A stretch of DNA of 64,000 bases from NCBI RefSeq assembly GCF_988242995.1, contig NZ_OZ547043.1. One strand, 5' to 3'. Shown one piece after another: positions 1 through 11,589 of the stretch. The notes under the pieces are model-generated. The model searched no databases. It was not told the origin of the DNA and saw nothing but the letters and a program-made list of their open reading frames with translations. The position numbers and the translations under genes were made by a program. Numbering within the stretch: position 1 is the first letter of the stretch; each line of letters starts with the position of its first letter.

Positions 1-3000
1 TCCTGCCTGCGCCAGCTCGCCATATTGCGTACATAACGCCTGCAATTCTGGACGGTTTGCCGCCCATTCCCGCAGTGCATTTAGCGGCTGAGTCAATGCG
101 GCTTTCAACTGCGCATCGACCGGATACTCTGCATCCTGACGCGCGAGCGTCACTGCCAGTGCACTTTCCGGGCGATTCGCCAGCAGACGGTAGAGATAGA
201 GCGGACCGCCTGCTTTCGGCCCGGTGCCGGACAACCCTTCGCCGCCGAATGGCTGCACCCCGACCACTGCGCCCACCATATTACGGTTAACGTACAGGTT
301 ACCGACATGGGCCGAGCCAGTGACCTGGGCGATGGTTTCATCAATGCGCGTATGGACGCCAAGCGTCAGACCATAACCGGAAGCGTTAATTTGCTCGATC
401 AGCTCCGGCAGCTGGTTACGGTTATAACGCACCACATGCAGCACCGGACCAAAGACCTCTTTTTGCAATTCGGCAAAGTCATCCAGTTCAATCAGCGTCG
501 GGGCGACAAAGGTGCCGCTTTGCCATTCACGGGCATCTTCACTGTTTTCCCGCACTGCCTGGAACACCGGACGGCCTTTACTACGCATAGTCTGAATATG
601 ACGCTCAATATTGGCTTTCGCTTCGCTATCAATCACCGGACCGATATCGGTGGTCAGGCGACCAGGATTACCCATCCGGCATTCGGCCATTGCGCCGCGC
701 AGCATTTTCAACGTGTGGTCGGCAATCTCATCTTGCAGGCACAGCACGCGCAGTGCCGAACAACGCTGGCCCGCACTGTCGAACGCCGAGGCCAGCACAT
801 CTATTACTACTTGTTCGGTCAGGGCGGAGGAGTCGACAATCATCGCGTTCATACCGCCGGTTTCCGCGATGAGCGGAATAGGGCGACCCTGAGCGTCGAG
901 GCGGCTGGCGATATTGCGTTGCAGTAACGTAGCGACTTCGGTTGAACCGGTAAACATCACCCCGCGCACGCGATCATCACCCGTCAGTTGCGCGCCCACG
1001 GTTTCCCCCCGACCTGGCAGCAATTGCACCACGCCTGGCGGTACACCCGCCTCCACCAAAATGGCAATCCCTTGCGCGGCAATCAGCGGCGTTTGTTCTG
1101 CCGGTTTTGCCAGTACGCTGTTACCTGCCGCCAGTGCGGCAGCGATCTGCCCGGTGAAAATCGCCAGCGGGAAGTTCCACGGACTGATACATACCACAGG
1201 CCCTAATGGACGGTGGGTTTCGTTAGCGAAATCATCCCGCACCTGTCCGGCGTAGTAGTGGAGAAAATCGACCGCTTCGCGCACTTCGGCAATGGCGTTA
1301 CTGAAGGTTTTTCCGGCCTCACGCACCAGAATACCAATCAGTTGCTGCATCTGGCTTTCCATCAGCACGGCAGCGCGATGCAAAATTGCCGCGCGTTCAG
1401 CCGGAGGCGTGGCAAACCAGATTGGTGCGTTATTAACCGCACTTTCCAGCGCCTGTTCTACTTCACTCGGCGTGGCTTCGCGCACATAGCCCACAATATC
1501 TTTCGGCTCTGCCGGGTTAATAACGGGCGACATCTCACCAGCCGCGACCGATTGTTCCAGCATTGGCAAGGCCTGCCATTTTTGCAGTGCACTATTGAGC
1601 AGGGCAGAAGAGAGCGATGCCAGACGGTGTTCGTTAGCGAGATCCAGCCCTGCCGAGTTGTCGCGCCCGTGACCGTAAAGATCGCGCGGCAGGGGAATTT
1701 TCGGATGCGGTAATCCAGTTTGCCCTTCCTGTTGCGCCAGTTTTTCTACAGCAGTGACCGGATCGGCGACCAGTTCATCCAGGGGCAAAGAGGTGTCAGC
1801 AATACGGTTAACAAACGAGGTGTTAGCACCGTTTTCCAGCAGGCGACGCACCAGATACGCCAGCAGCGTTTCATGGGTACCGACAGGAGCATAAATACGA
1901 CACGGACGGTTAAGTTTGCCGTCGGCAACTTTCCCGGTGACCTGCTCATACAGTGGCTCGCCCATACCGTGCAGGCACTGGAACTCGTACTGACCCGGGT
2001 AGTAGTTCTGACCCGCCAGTTGATAAATTGCCGCCAGCGTATGGGCGTTATGCGTTGCGAACTGCGGGTAGATTAGATTCGGCACCGCCAGCAGCTTTTT
2101 CGCACAGGCGAGATATGAAACGTCGGTATACACCTTGCGGGTATAAACCGGATAACCTTCAAGGCCGTCCATCTGCGCGCGCTTGATTTCACTATCCCAG
2201 TACGCGCCTTTCACCAGGCGAATCATCAGACGGCGACGGCTGCGGGTGGCGAGATCAATCAGGTAATCAATCACCAGTGGGCAGCGTTTTTGATAAGCCT
2301 GAATAACAAAACCGATGCCGTTCCAGCCTGCCAGTTCCGGCTCGAAACAGAGTTTTTCCAGCAGATCGAGGGAGATCTCCAGACGATCGGCCTCTTCGGC
2401 ATCGATGTTAATACCAATATCGTACTGACGCGCCAGCAGGGTGAGTGATTTCAGACGTGGGTAAAGCTCTTCCATTACCCGGTCATACTGGGCGCGGCTG
2501 TAACGCGGATGCAGCGCCGACAGCTTGATTGAAATGCCCGGACCTTCATAGATGCCACGACCATTGGACGCTTTACCAATGGCGTGAATCGCCTGCTGAT
2601 AGGAAACCATATACGCCTGTGCATCTGCGGCGGTCAGCGCGGCTTCGCCCAGCATATCGTAGGAGTAACGGAAACCTTTCTCTTCCAGCTTGCGGGCATT
2701 GGCTAACGCTTCCGCGATGGTTTCGCCAGTGACGAACTGCTCGCCCATCAGGCGCATCGCCATATCCACACCTTTGCGGATCAGCGGTTCACCGCTCTTA
2801 CCGATAATGCGGTTCAGCGAGCGGGAGAGGCTGGCTTCGTTATGGGTGGAAACCAGTTTGCCGGTAAACAGCAGCCCCCAGGTGGCGGCATTAACAAACA
2901 GGGACGGGCTACGACCAATGTGTGACTGCCAGTTACCGTTGCTGATTTTGTCGCGAATTAACGCATCACGGGTGGCTTTGTCGGGAATACGCAACAACGC

Positions 3001-3510
3001 TTCTGCCAGACACATCAGCGCCACGCCTTCCTGCGATGACAGCGAAAACTCCTGCAATAACCCCTGGACCATACCTGCGCGACCACTGGCATTTTTTTGA
3101 TTACGCAGTTTATCGGCCAGTTGATATGCCAGTTTATGCGCCTGTTCAGCAACTGGCTGCGGCAGGCGGGCTTGTTCCAGCAGCATAGAAACCGCTTCGG
3201 TTTCCGGGCGGCGATAGGCAGCGGTGATAGCTGCGCGGGAAACCGACTGGGGCAAAATTTGCTCGGCAAAGTCGAGGAATGGCTGGTGTGGTTCCTCTGC
3301 CGGAGTGGGTGCTTCATCGCTCTCATTGGCAGCGCCAGAAAGCAGCGCAGGTAGCTCCGGAAGAGTATCGCTGTTTTCCAGTTGTTCAAGATAAGAAAAA
3401 ATCGCCTGCTTAATTAACCAGTGTGGCGTGCGATCGATACGTGTCGCGGCAGACTTAATACGCTCACGCGTCGCGTCGTCCAGCTTAACCCCCATGGTGG
3501 TGGTTCCCAT
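1..3510 (-). CDS. putA: PutA, bifunctional proline dehydrogenase / P5C dehydrogenase and put repressor; 3' end truncated by window edge
   Basis: Minus-strand frame runs from window edge to ATG at 3508-3510; N-terminus MGTTTMGVKLDD and window-edge residues match recalled PutA; not in ORF track because no stop inside window. Confidence 0.93.
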   Translation of the reverse strand, partial: MGTTTMGVKLDDATRERIKSAATRIDRTPHWLIKQAIFSYLEQLENSDTLPELPALLSGAANESDEAPTPAEEPHQPFLDFAEQILPQSVSRAAITAAYRRPETEAVSMLLEQARLPQPVAEQAHKLAYQLADKLRNQKNASGRAGMVQGLLQEFSLSSQEGVALMCLAEALLRIPDKATRDALIRDKISNGNWQSHIGRSPSLFVNAATWGLLFTGKLVSTHNEASLSRSLNRIIGKSGEPLIRKGVDMAMRLMGEQFVTGETIAEALANARKLEEKGFRYSYDMLGEAALTAADAQAYMVSYQQAIHAIGKASNGRGIYEGPGISIKLSALHPRYSRAQYDRVMEELYPRLKSLTLLARQYDIGINIDAEEADRLEISLDLLEKLCFEPELAGWNGIGFVIQAYQKRCPLVIDYLIDLATRSRRRLMIRLVKGAYWDSEIKRAQMDGLEGYPVYTRKVYTDVSYLACAKKLLAVPNLIYPQFATHNAHTLAAIYQLAGQNYYPGQYEFQCLHGMGEPLYEQVTGKVADGKLNRPCRIYAPVGTHETLLAYLVRRLLENGANTSFVNRIADTSLPLDELVADPVTAVEKLAQQEGQTGLPHPKIPLPRDLYGHGRDNSAGLDLANEHRLASLSSALLNSALQKWQALPMLEQSVAAGEMSPVINPAEPKDIVGYVREATPSEVEQALESAVNNAPIWFATPPAERAAILHRAAVLMESQMQQLIGILVREAGKTFSNAIAEVREAVDFLHYYAGQVRDDFANETHRPLGPVVCISPWNFPLAIFTGQIAAALAAGNSVLAKPAEQTPLIAAQGIAILVEAGVPPGVVQLLPGRGETVGAQLTGDDRVRGVMFTGSTEVATLLQRNIASRLDAQGRPIPLIAETGGMNAMIVDSSALTEQVVIDVLASAFDSAGQRCSALRVLCLQDEIADHTLKMLRGAMAECRMGNPGRLTTDIGPVIDSEAKANIERHIQTMRSKGRPVFQAVRENSEDAREWQSGTFVAPTLIELDDFAELQKEVFGPVLHVVRYNRNQLPELIEQINASGYGLTLGVHTRIDETIAQVTGSAHVGNLYVNRNMVGAVVGVQPFGGEGLSGTGPKAGGPLYLYRLLANRPESALAVTLARQDAEYPVDAQLKAALTQPLNALREWAANRPELQALCTQYGELAQAG

Positions 3511-3932
3511 GCCATTACTCCTGTTGTTCTGAAAGGTGCAACTTAACGTTATCGTGAAATATCCATGATGTTGCAACTTTGTGCAACCATGTTAAATGTG
3601 ACCTGCGTAGCAAGCTTAAAAATGAATGAAATGTTAATAAAAGAAATCGATATGACAGGGATTAAAAAAATAACTCAGACTTTTTCTCTGCGGCAGTTAA
3701 CATTTTTGAAAGGTGCAACCGCAAAAAATGTGAGAGAGTGCAACCTGATGAAAAATAGTGTCGCTGAGCACTAAAATTTAATGTAAATGGTGTGTTAAAT
3801 CGATTGTGAATAACCAGCGCTTCCGGCAGGATACGGTCGCCCTGGTAAAACATAAACTCTGCTACCCCGTTCCGGTGGCAGATATAACGGCAAGTTTCGA
3901 CATTGCCGATAATAATTTTTTGGAGACTTTAG
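3511..3932. promoter_or_regulatory. putA-putP divergent control region with five GTTGCA / TGCAAC PutA operator motifs
   Basis: Motifs at 3537-3542, 3570-3575, 3582-3587, 3714-3719, 3739-3744; AT-rich; lies between divergent putA and putP starts. Confidence 0.8.
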
Positions 3933-5441
<1,509 letters not shown>

Positions 5442-5485
5442 GGGAAGGCGTTTTACCGAAAATCCCACGTCATAATCAGAAGCAG

Positions 5486-5521
5486 GCAGAGGGCAATCAG
5501 TGATTGCCCTCTGCGTTTTTT
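5486..5521 (+). terminator. Rho-independent terminator after putP
   Basis: Inverted repeat GCAGAGGGCAATC..GATTGCCCTCTGC followed by T run. Confidence 0.7.
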
Positions 5522-5543
5522 CTCAAAATATTTTTACATTTTC

Positions 5544-5603
5544 TCATCATTATCACTACATTCCGCTTGTATTTTTCTTTGCCGTAATGATAATCGCTAT
5601 CAC
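5544..5603 (+). promoter_or_regulatory. Fur-box-like sites upstream of efeU
   Basis: TCATCATTATCAC (5544-5556) and GTAATGATAATCGCTATCAC (5584-5603) resemble the Fur consensus GATAATGATAATCATTATC; efeUOB is iron-regulated. Confidence 0.6.
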
Positions 5604-5660
5604 TGCGATTTACTTTTCTTTGCATAGATTGACTCAGAAAAACGTTTAAGGGTGGGTGGC

Positions 5661-6491
5661 ATGTTTGTTCCATTTCTCATTATGTTGCGCGAAGGACTTG
5701 AAGCCGCGCTGATTGTCAGTTTGATTGCCAGCTATCTTAAGCGTACCCAGCGAGGCCGATGGATTGGTGTGATGTGGATTGGCGTGTTGCTTGCCGCTGC
5801 GTTGTGCCTGGGCTTGGGTATCTTCATTAACGAAACCACCGGCGAATTTCCGCAAAAAGAACAGGAACTGTTTGAAGGTATCGTGGCGGTGATCGCCGTG
5901 GTGATCCTTACCTGGATGGTTTTCTGGATGCGCAAAGTGTCGCGCAACGTCAAAGTACAACTGGAGCAGGCAGTCGATAGCGCATTGCAGCGTGGAAATC
6001 ATCATGGCTGGGCGCTGGTGATGATGGTCTTTTTTGCCGTTGCAAGGGAGGGGCTGGAGTCGGTCTTTTTCCTGCTGGCGGCGTTTCAACAAGATGTCGG
6101 GATTTGGCCGCCGCTGGGTGCAATGCTCGGTCTTGCTACAGCCGTGGTGCTTGGCTTCCTGCTCTACTGGGGCGGTATTCGCCTCAATCTTGGTGCATTT
6201 TTTAAATGGACCAGTCTGTTTATTCTCTTCGTCGCCGCTGGGCTGGCAGCTGGTGCCATTCGCGCATTTCATGAAGCCGGATTGTGGAACCACTTTCAGG
6301 AAATCGCCTTCGATATGAGCGCGGTGCTCTCAACTCACTCGCTGTTTGGCACGCTGATGGAAGGGATTTTTGGCTATCAGGAAGCGCCAAGTGTCAGCGA
6401 AGTCGCCGTCTGGTTTATTTATCTCATCCCAGCGCTGGTGGCATTTGCGCTGCCGCCACGTGCAGGGGCGACAGCGTCTCGCTCCGCGTAA
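5661..6491 (+). CDS. efeU: EfeU ferrous iron permease (FTR1 family), intact reading frame
   Basis: Single uninterrupted frame; ATG at 5661 (ORF track begins at in-frame GTG 5652); multi-TM protein with REGLE-type motifs. Confidence 0.9.
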   Translation: MFVPFLIMLREGLEAALIVSLIASYLKRTQRGRWIGVMWIGVLLAAALCLGLGIFINETTGEFPQKEQELFEGIVAVIAVVILTWMVFWMRKVSRNVKVQLEQAVDSALQRGNHHGWALVMMVFFAVAREGLESVFFLLAAFQQDVGIWPPLGAMLGLATAVVLGFLLYWGGIRLNLGAFFKWTSLFILFVAAGLAAGAIRAFHEAGLWNHFQEIAFDMSAVLSTHSLFGTLMEGIFGYQEAPSVSEVAVWFIYLIPALVAFALPPRAGATASRSA

Positions 6492-6548
6492 CAAATACGA
6501 CGCAAACTCTTGCTTAGTTACAACATACTTTAAAGGGATAGTCTCGTC

Positions 6549-7676
6549 ATGACCATTAACTTCCGCCGTAACGCATTGCAGTTGAGCGTGGCTGCGCTGT
6601 TCTCTTCTGCTTTTATGGCTAACGCCGCCGATATTCCGCAAGTCAAAGTCACCGTGACGGATAAGCAGTGCGAACCGATGACCATTACGGTTAACGCCGG
6701 GAAAACACAGTTCATTATTCAGAACCACAGCCAGAAGGCGCTGGAGTGGGAGATCCTCAAAGGCGTGATGGTGGTGGAAGAGCGAGAAAATATCGCCCCT
6801 GGCTTTAGCCAGAAAATGACGGCGAATTTACAGCCTGGCGAATACGATATGACCTGCGGTCTGCTGACTAACCCGAAAGGGAAGTTGATCGTTAAAGGTG
6901 AAGCAACGGCGGATGCGGCGCAAAGCGATGCGCTGTTAAGTCTTGGTGGTGCAATTACTGCATATAAAGCGTATGTCATGGCGGAAACCACGCAGCTGGT
7001 GACCGACACCAAAGCCTTTACCGACGCTATTAAAGCAGGCGATATCGAAAAAGCAAAAGCACTGTATGCGCCGACGCGCCAGCACTATGAGCGCATTGAA
7101 CCGATTGCTGAACTGTTCTCCGATCTGGATGGTAGCATTGACGCCCGTGAAGATGATTACGAGCAAAAAGCCGCCGATCCAAAATTCACCGGTTTCCACC
7201 GTCTGGAAAAAGCATTGTTTGGCGATAACACCACCAAAGGGATGGATAAGTATGCCGACCAGCTTTATACCGATGTGGTCGATTTGCAAAAACGCATCAG
7301 TGAACTGGCTTTCCCTCCGTCAAAAGTGGTCGGCGGTGCAGCCGGACTGATTGAGGAAGTGGCAGCCAGCAAAATCAGCGGTGAAGAAGATCGCTACAGC
7401 CACACCGATCTGTGGGATTTCCAGGCTAACGTTGAAGGCTCGCAGAAAATTGTCGATCTGCTGCGTCCACAACTGCAAAAGGCCAACCCGGAACTGCTGG
7501 CAAAAGTCGATGCCAATTTCAAAAAGGTCGATACCATTCTGGCGAAATACCGTACTAAAGACGGTTTTGAAACCTACGACAAATTGACCGATGCTGACCG
7601 TAATGCGCTGAAAGGGCCGATTACTGCGCTGGCGGAAGATCTGGCGCAACTTCGCGGTGTGCTGGGGCTGGATTAA
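6549..7676 (+). CDS. efeO: EfeO periplasmic iron-binding component
   Basis: 375 aa with N-terminal signal peptide; matches recalled EfeO. Confidence 0.94.
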   Translation: MTINFRRNALQLSVAALFSSAFMANAADIPQVKVTVTDKQCEPMTITVNAGKTQFIIQNHSQKALEWEILKGVMVVEERENIAPGFSQKMTANLQPGEYDMTCGLLTNPKGKLIVKGEATADAAQSDALLSLGGAITAYKAYVMAETTQLVTDTKAFTDAIKAGDIEKAKALYAPTRQHYERIEPIAELFSDLDGSIDAREDDYEQKAADPKFTGFHRLEKALFGDNTTKGMDKYADQLYTDVVDLQKRISELAFPPSKVVGGAAGLIEEVAASKISGEEDRYSHTDLWDFQANVEGSQKIVDLLRPQLQKANPELLAKVDANFKKVDTILAKYRTKDGFETYDKLTDADRNALKGPITALAEDLAQLRGVLGLD

Positions 7677-7681
7677 GCGTT

Positions 7682-8953
7682 ATGCAGTATGAAGATGAAA
7701 ACGGCGTGAATGAACCGTCACGCCGACGTTTACTGAAAGGGATTGGTGCGCTGGCGCTGGCGGGAAGTTGTCCGGTCGCTCATGCACAAAAAACGCAAAG
7801 TGCACCGGGTACGCTTTCACCGGATGCACGCAATGAGAAACAGCTGTTTTATGGTGAGCATCAGGCAGGGATCCTGACGCCACAACAGGCCGCAATGATG
7901 CTGGTGGCGTTTGATGTGCTTGCCAGCGATAAAGCCGATCTTGAGCGGTTGTTTCGCTTGTTGACTCAGCGTTTTGCTTTTCTGACTCAGGGCGGAGCAG
8001 CACCAGAAACGCCAAATCCGCGCCTGCCACCACTCGATTCCGGCATTCTTGGCGGCTACATTGCGCCCGATAATCTCACCATCACATTATCGGTGGGCCA
8101 CTCATTGTTTGATGAGCGCTTTGGCCTTGCGTCGCAGATGCCGAAAAAGTTGCAGAAGATGACGCGTTTCCCCAACGACTCGCTTGATGCAGCATTATGT
8201 CATGGTGATGTGTTGCTACAAATTTGCGCCAACACCCAGGATACGGTGATCCATGCGCTGCGCGATATCATCAAACACACGCCGGATTTGCTCAGTGTGC
8301 GCTGGAAGCGGGAAGGGTTTATTTCCGATCACGCGGCGCGTAGTAAAGGCAAAGAGACGCCGATTAATTTGCTGGGTTTCAAAGACGGCACTGCCAATCC
8401 CGATAGCCAGAATGATAAGTTGATGCAAAAAGTGGTGTGGGTGACGGCAGATCAGCAGGAGCCTGCGTGGACAATCGGCGGCAGCTACCAGGCGGTGCGG
8501 TTGATTCAGTTTCGGGTGGAATTTTGGGACAGAACGCCGCTGAAAGAACAGCAGACGATATTTGGGCGTGATAAGCAAACCGGCGCGCCGCTGGGAATGC
8601 AGCATGAGCATGATGTTCCCGATTACGCCAGCGATCCGGAAGGGAAGGTGATTGCGCTGGACAGCCATATCCGGCTGGCGAATCCCCGCACGCCAGAGAG
8701 TGAGTCAAGTCTGATGCTGCGTCGTGGCTACAGTTATTCGTTGGGCGTCACCAACTCCGGACAACTGGATATGGGGCTACTGTTTGTCTGCTATCAACAC
8801 GATCTGGAAAAAGGCTTCCTGACAGTACAAAAAAGGCTCAATGGCGAAGCGCTGGAGGAATACGTTAAACCTATCGGCGGCGGTTATTTTTTTTCGCTGC
8901 CGGGAGTGAAGGACGCGAACGATTATCTCGGAAGCGCGTTATTACAGGTTTGA
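7682..8953 (+). CDS. efeB: EfeB Tat-exported dye-decolorising (DyP-type) haem peroxidase
   Basis: 423 aa; twin-arginine motif SRRRLLKG near N-terminus. Confidence 0.94.
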   Translation: MQYEDENGVNEPSRRRLLKGIGALALAGSCPVAHAQKTQSAPGTLSPDARNEKQLFYGEHQAGILTPQQAAMMLVAFDVLASDKADLERLFRLLTQRFAFLTQGGAAPETPNPRLPPLDSGILGGYIAPDNLTITLSVGHSLFDERFGLASQMPKKLQKMTRFPNDSLDAALCHGDVLLQICANTQDTVIHALRDIIKHTPDLLSVRWKREGFISDHAARSKGKETPINLLGFKDGTANPDSQNDKLMQKVVWVTADQQEPAWTIGGSYQAVRLIQFRVEFWDRTPLKEQQTIFGRDKQTGAPLGMQHEHDVPDYASDPEGKVIALDSHIRLANPRTPESESSLMLRRGYSYSLGVTNSGQLDMGLLFVCYQHDLEKGFLTVQKRLNGEALEEYVKPIGGGYFFSLPGVKDANDYLGSALLQV

Positions 8954-8964
8954 ACGACGCAAAT

Positions 8965-9058
8965 ATGCCCGATGCGCAGGTTTATCGGGCATGAGTTTTG
9001 TGCACAAATTATTAATCACTTGTAGGTCGGGTAAGGCGTTCACGCCGCATCCGGCAAG
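8965..9058. repeat. Palindromic unit plus REP element in efeB-phoH spacer
   Basis: ATGCCCGAT..ATCGGGCAT palindrome and GTAGGTCGGGTAAGGCGTTCACGCCGCATCCGGCA typical REP sequence. Confidence 0.6.
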
Positions 9059-9108
9059 TTTTTACCAGTACTGCGAATCCTGCTGAAAGCACACAGCTTT
9101 TTTCATCA

Positions 9109-9126
9109 CTGTCATCACTCTGTCAT
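9109..9126 (+). promoter_or_regulatory. Pho box (PhoB binding site) of phoH promoter
   Basis: CTGTCAT CACT CTGTCAT: two perfect 7-bp direct repeats with 4-bp spacer, about 150 bp upstream of phoH ATG. Confidence 0.8.
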
Positions 9127-9275
9127 CTTTCCAGCAGAAACTAATGTCACTGAAATGGGTGTTTATCGTTAAACACAAGTAAATATAATGTTGCAATGAA
9201 TGCGAGTTCTGTTGTAATTATTAAGTAGCAGCGGAAGTTCCCGGCAGTGATAGTCAGTCACTATGGAGATCGCGG

Positions 9276-10340
9276 ATGGTAACGTCCTGTACTGGACATG
9301 TTTTAGATAATCAGCGCGCCACCACTCGCGGAGATTTCTCCTCCGGTAGCAACTTCGTCACTTTGTATTTTCAACCTCATCCTTTCTTTTCATGTGTTAC
9401 CGACGCCGTAAACGGTGCGCGTAGCCGTTTTTCGGCATTTTATCCAAAAGCAAACTATGGCTTACAAGGAAGCCAACCCTCTGATGTTCGTGCGCATAAT
9501 CGCGCTGCCAACGGCGCGTGTGATGAATACAAACAACTCAAGGTGCTCTCCATGGGAAGACAAAAAGCAGTGATCAAAGCTCGTCGCGAGGCAAAACGTG
9601 TGCTGAGACGGGATTCGCGCAGCCATAAGCAGCGTGAAGAAGAATCGGTCACCTCGCTTGTGCAGATGAGCGGCGTAGAAGCCATTGGTATGGCCCGCGA
9701 CAGTCGCGATACCTCGCCCATCCTCGCGCGAAATGAAGCGCAATTGCACTATCTGAAGGCTATTGAGAGTAAGCAGCTGATATTCGCCACGGGCGAAGCC
9801 GGGTGCGGAAAAACCTGGATCAGCGCAGCAAAAGCGGCAGAGGCCCTGATACATAAGGATGTCGACAGGATTATCGTCACCCGTCCAGTTCTGCAAGCCG
9901 ATGAAGATCTTGGCTTCTTACCTGGAGATATCGCAGAAAAGTTTGCTCCCTATTTTCGTCCGGTCTACGACGTGCTGGTCCGGCGCTTAGGGGCTTCCTT
10001 TATGCAGTACTGCCTGCGACCGGAAATAGGGAAGGTGGAAATTGCGCCGTTCGCCTATATGCGTGGACGTACCTTTGAAAATGCAGTCGTCATTCTTGAC
10101 GAGGCGCAGAATGTGACTGCCGCGCAAATGAAAATGTTTTTAACCCGCCTCGGGGAGAACGTGACGGTTATCGTCAACGGTGATATCACGCAATGCGATT
10201 TGCCTCGCGGCGTGCGCTCCGGATTAAGTGACGCGCTGGAACGTTTCGAAGAAGATGAAATGGTCGGGATCGTCCGATTCGGTAAAGAGGATTGCGTACG
10301 TTCGGCACTTTGCCAACGTACGCTACATGCATACAGTTAA
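9276..10340 (+). CDS. phoH: PhoH, phosphate-starvation-inducible ATP-binding protein
   Basis: 354 aa, Walker A GEAGCGKT; matches recalled PhoH. Confidence 0.95.
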   Translation: MVTSCTGHVLDNQRATTRGDFSSGSNFVTLYFQPHPFFSCVTDAVNGARSRFSAFYPKANYGLQGSQPSDVRAHNRAANGACDEYKQLKVLSMGRQKAVIKARREAKRVLRRDSRSHKQREEESVTSLVQMSGVEAIGMARDSRDTSPILARNEAQLHYLKAIESKQLIFATGEAGCGKTWISAAKAAEALIHKDVDRIIVTRPVLQADEDLGFLPGDIAEKFAPYFRPVYDVLVRRLGASFMQYCLRPEIGKVEIAPFAYMRGRTFENAVVILDEAQNVTAAQMKMFLTRLGENVTVIVNGDITQCDLPRGVRSGLSDALERFEEDEMVGIVRFGKEDCVRSALCQRTLHAYS

Positions 10341-10358
10341 GTGTATTATCGGTACAGA

Positions 10359-10388
10359 GCCCGGGCGAACCGGGCTTTGTTTTATTTC
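10359..10388 (+). terminator. Rho-independent terminator after phoH
   Basis: GCCCGG GCGAA CCGGGC hairpin followed by TTTGTTTTATTT. Confidence 0.7.
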
Positions 10389-10902
10389 ATTAACAGCAAA
10401 GACTTTCACTTCAGGTTAACGTTCAGGGGGGCGACTTTGAGCGTGTTGATAAGCTGAAATGAATTCTGGTTTAGATACTCTTACCAGGCATTTTTCGTCA
10501 TAGCACCCGACCAGTGTAATGCCGCCAGCGCGGAGAGTTTTTTGCCTATCTTTTTCCAGCCATTCAACCTGTACAGGAGGTCTGGTGCCAATTTTGCGTA
10601 TGAGGTTTAATCAGCAATGGGCCATAATTTGACTGACTGATTAACACCGAATATATTCTCCTGATTTTATTTTTTAGGGATAATATTAAAAATATAAGGT
10701 TAATCTTAATTAATTCTTCAGCTAATATTGTGTGTTGTTATTTTTTGTGGACGGCAAGCCGCAATGGCAAAATAGGTATGGTTGTAATAATCAAAACATG
10801 ATACTAACTATATATAGATCGTTGAATTGTTGGCATGTAACTCGCTACAGCGAGTAGCGTTAGTAATGAAATATAATCAACATGGATAGGTGAAGATTAA
10901 TT

Positions 10903-11589
10903 ATGAGCTTTATGGTTTTTGTAACTTGTTTGACAATTGCATTTGTCGCCGGTTTTGCTGTTGCCAGAAAATTGACACTCCGAAAAGTTGCCTCATCGGT
11001 AATCATCACTAGATCGCAACCAGTCCCTTCCTCTGCAACTTCCCCTGCGGCTAAGGCGTCGACAAGGAGCTATACACCGCAGAAAACCTATCGTGACTCT
11101 CGTTGGCAAGAACGAGATGAGTTGTTCCAGGGAATGGTTGCCGAAGGTATTTTATTGGAAGGAAAAGAGTGGTTAATTACGCGTTGTGAAAAAATTTATT
11201 TTGATAATCTGGAGAAATGGTTTGGACATTATTGTCATATCCATTGCCAGGTCTCTCTGGGGCGCTTGATCAACTTTCCAGAACAACCCGAGTTTAGCGA
11301 AGAAGAAAGAAAGCGTTTCTTTGCAATTTATAATGGAATGGCAATGGATTATGTTCTGGTTTCAAAGAAGAACAATAAAATAGTCTGTGTTATTGAGCTG
11401 GATGATCCGAGTCATGAAAGGGCAGATCGCATTATTCGTGACCGTTGGTTGAATACGATTATGACTATTGCACGGGTGCCTTTTGTACGAGCTTCTGTCA
11501 CTAAATTGGATGAAATCCCTCCGGTCTGGGATACCCGTGACAAAATTCGCCCATTAGCCGCGGCGACAAAGGGTGAACCGTTGCATTAA
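10903..11589 (+). CDS. Hypothetical membrane-anchored protein with C-terminal PD-(D/E)xK-like nuclease-type domain (resembles DUF2726 / NERD-like fold); orphan accessory gene
   Basis: 228 aa ORF; AGGTGA RBS about 10 nt before ATG; N-terminal hydrophobic helix (aa 4-24), S/T/P-rich linker, C-terminal block MDYVLV..VIELDDPSHERADRIIRDRWL..VPFVR; visibly AT-rich; not recognised as a K-12 gene. Confidence 0.65.
   Translation: MSFMVFVTCLTIAFVAGFAVARKLTLRKVASSVIITRSQPVPSSATSPAAKASTRSYTPQKTYRDSRWQERDELFQGMVAEGILLEGKEWLITRCEKIYFDNLEKWFGHYCHIHCQVSLGRLINFPEQPEFSEEERKRFFAIYNGMAMDYVLVSKKNNKIVCVIELDDPSHERADRIIRDRWLNTIMTIARVPFVRASVTKLDEIPPVWDTRDKIRPLAAATKGEPLH

Noticed and set aside
307-1713. Plus-strand ORFs of 113-206 aa inside the putA locus (307..927, 914..1255, 1213..1713 and others up to about 3400)
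   Set aside because: They lie antisense to the continuous putA reading frame, whose translation matches PutA; such frames are expected in a GC-rich 4-kb gene.
6330-6728. 132-aa minus-strand ORF overlapping the efeU-efeO junction
   Set aside because: Antisense to two well-supported genes; no independent support.
10228-10419. 63-aa plus-strand ORF overlapping the phoH 3' end and terminator
   Set aside because: Out of frame inside phoH and runs through the terminator hairpin; no support.
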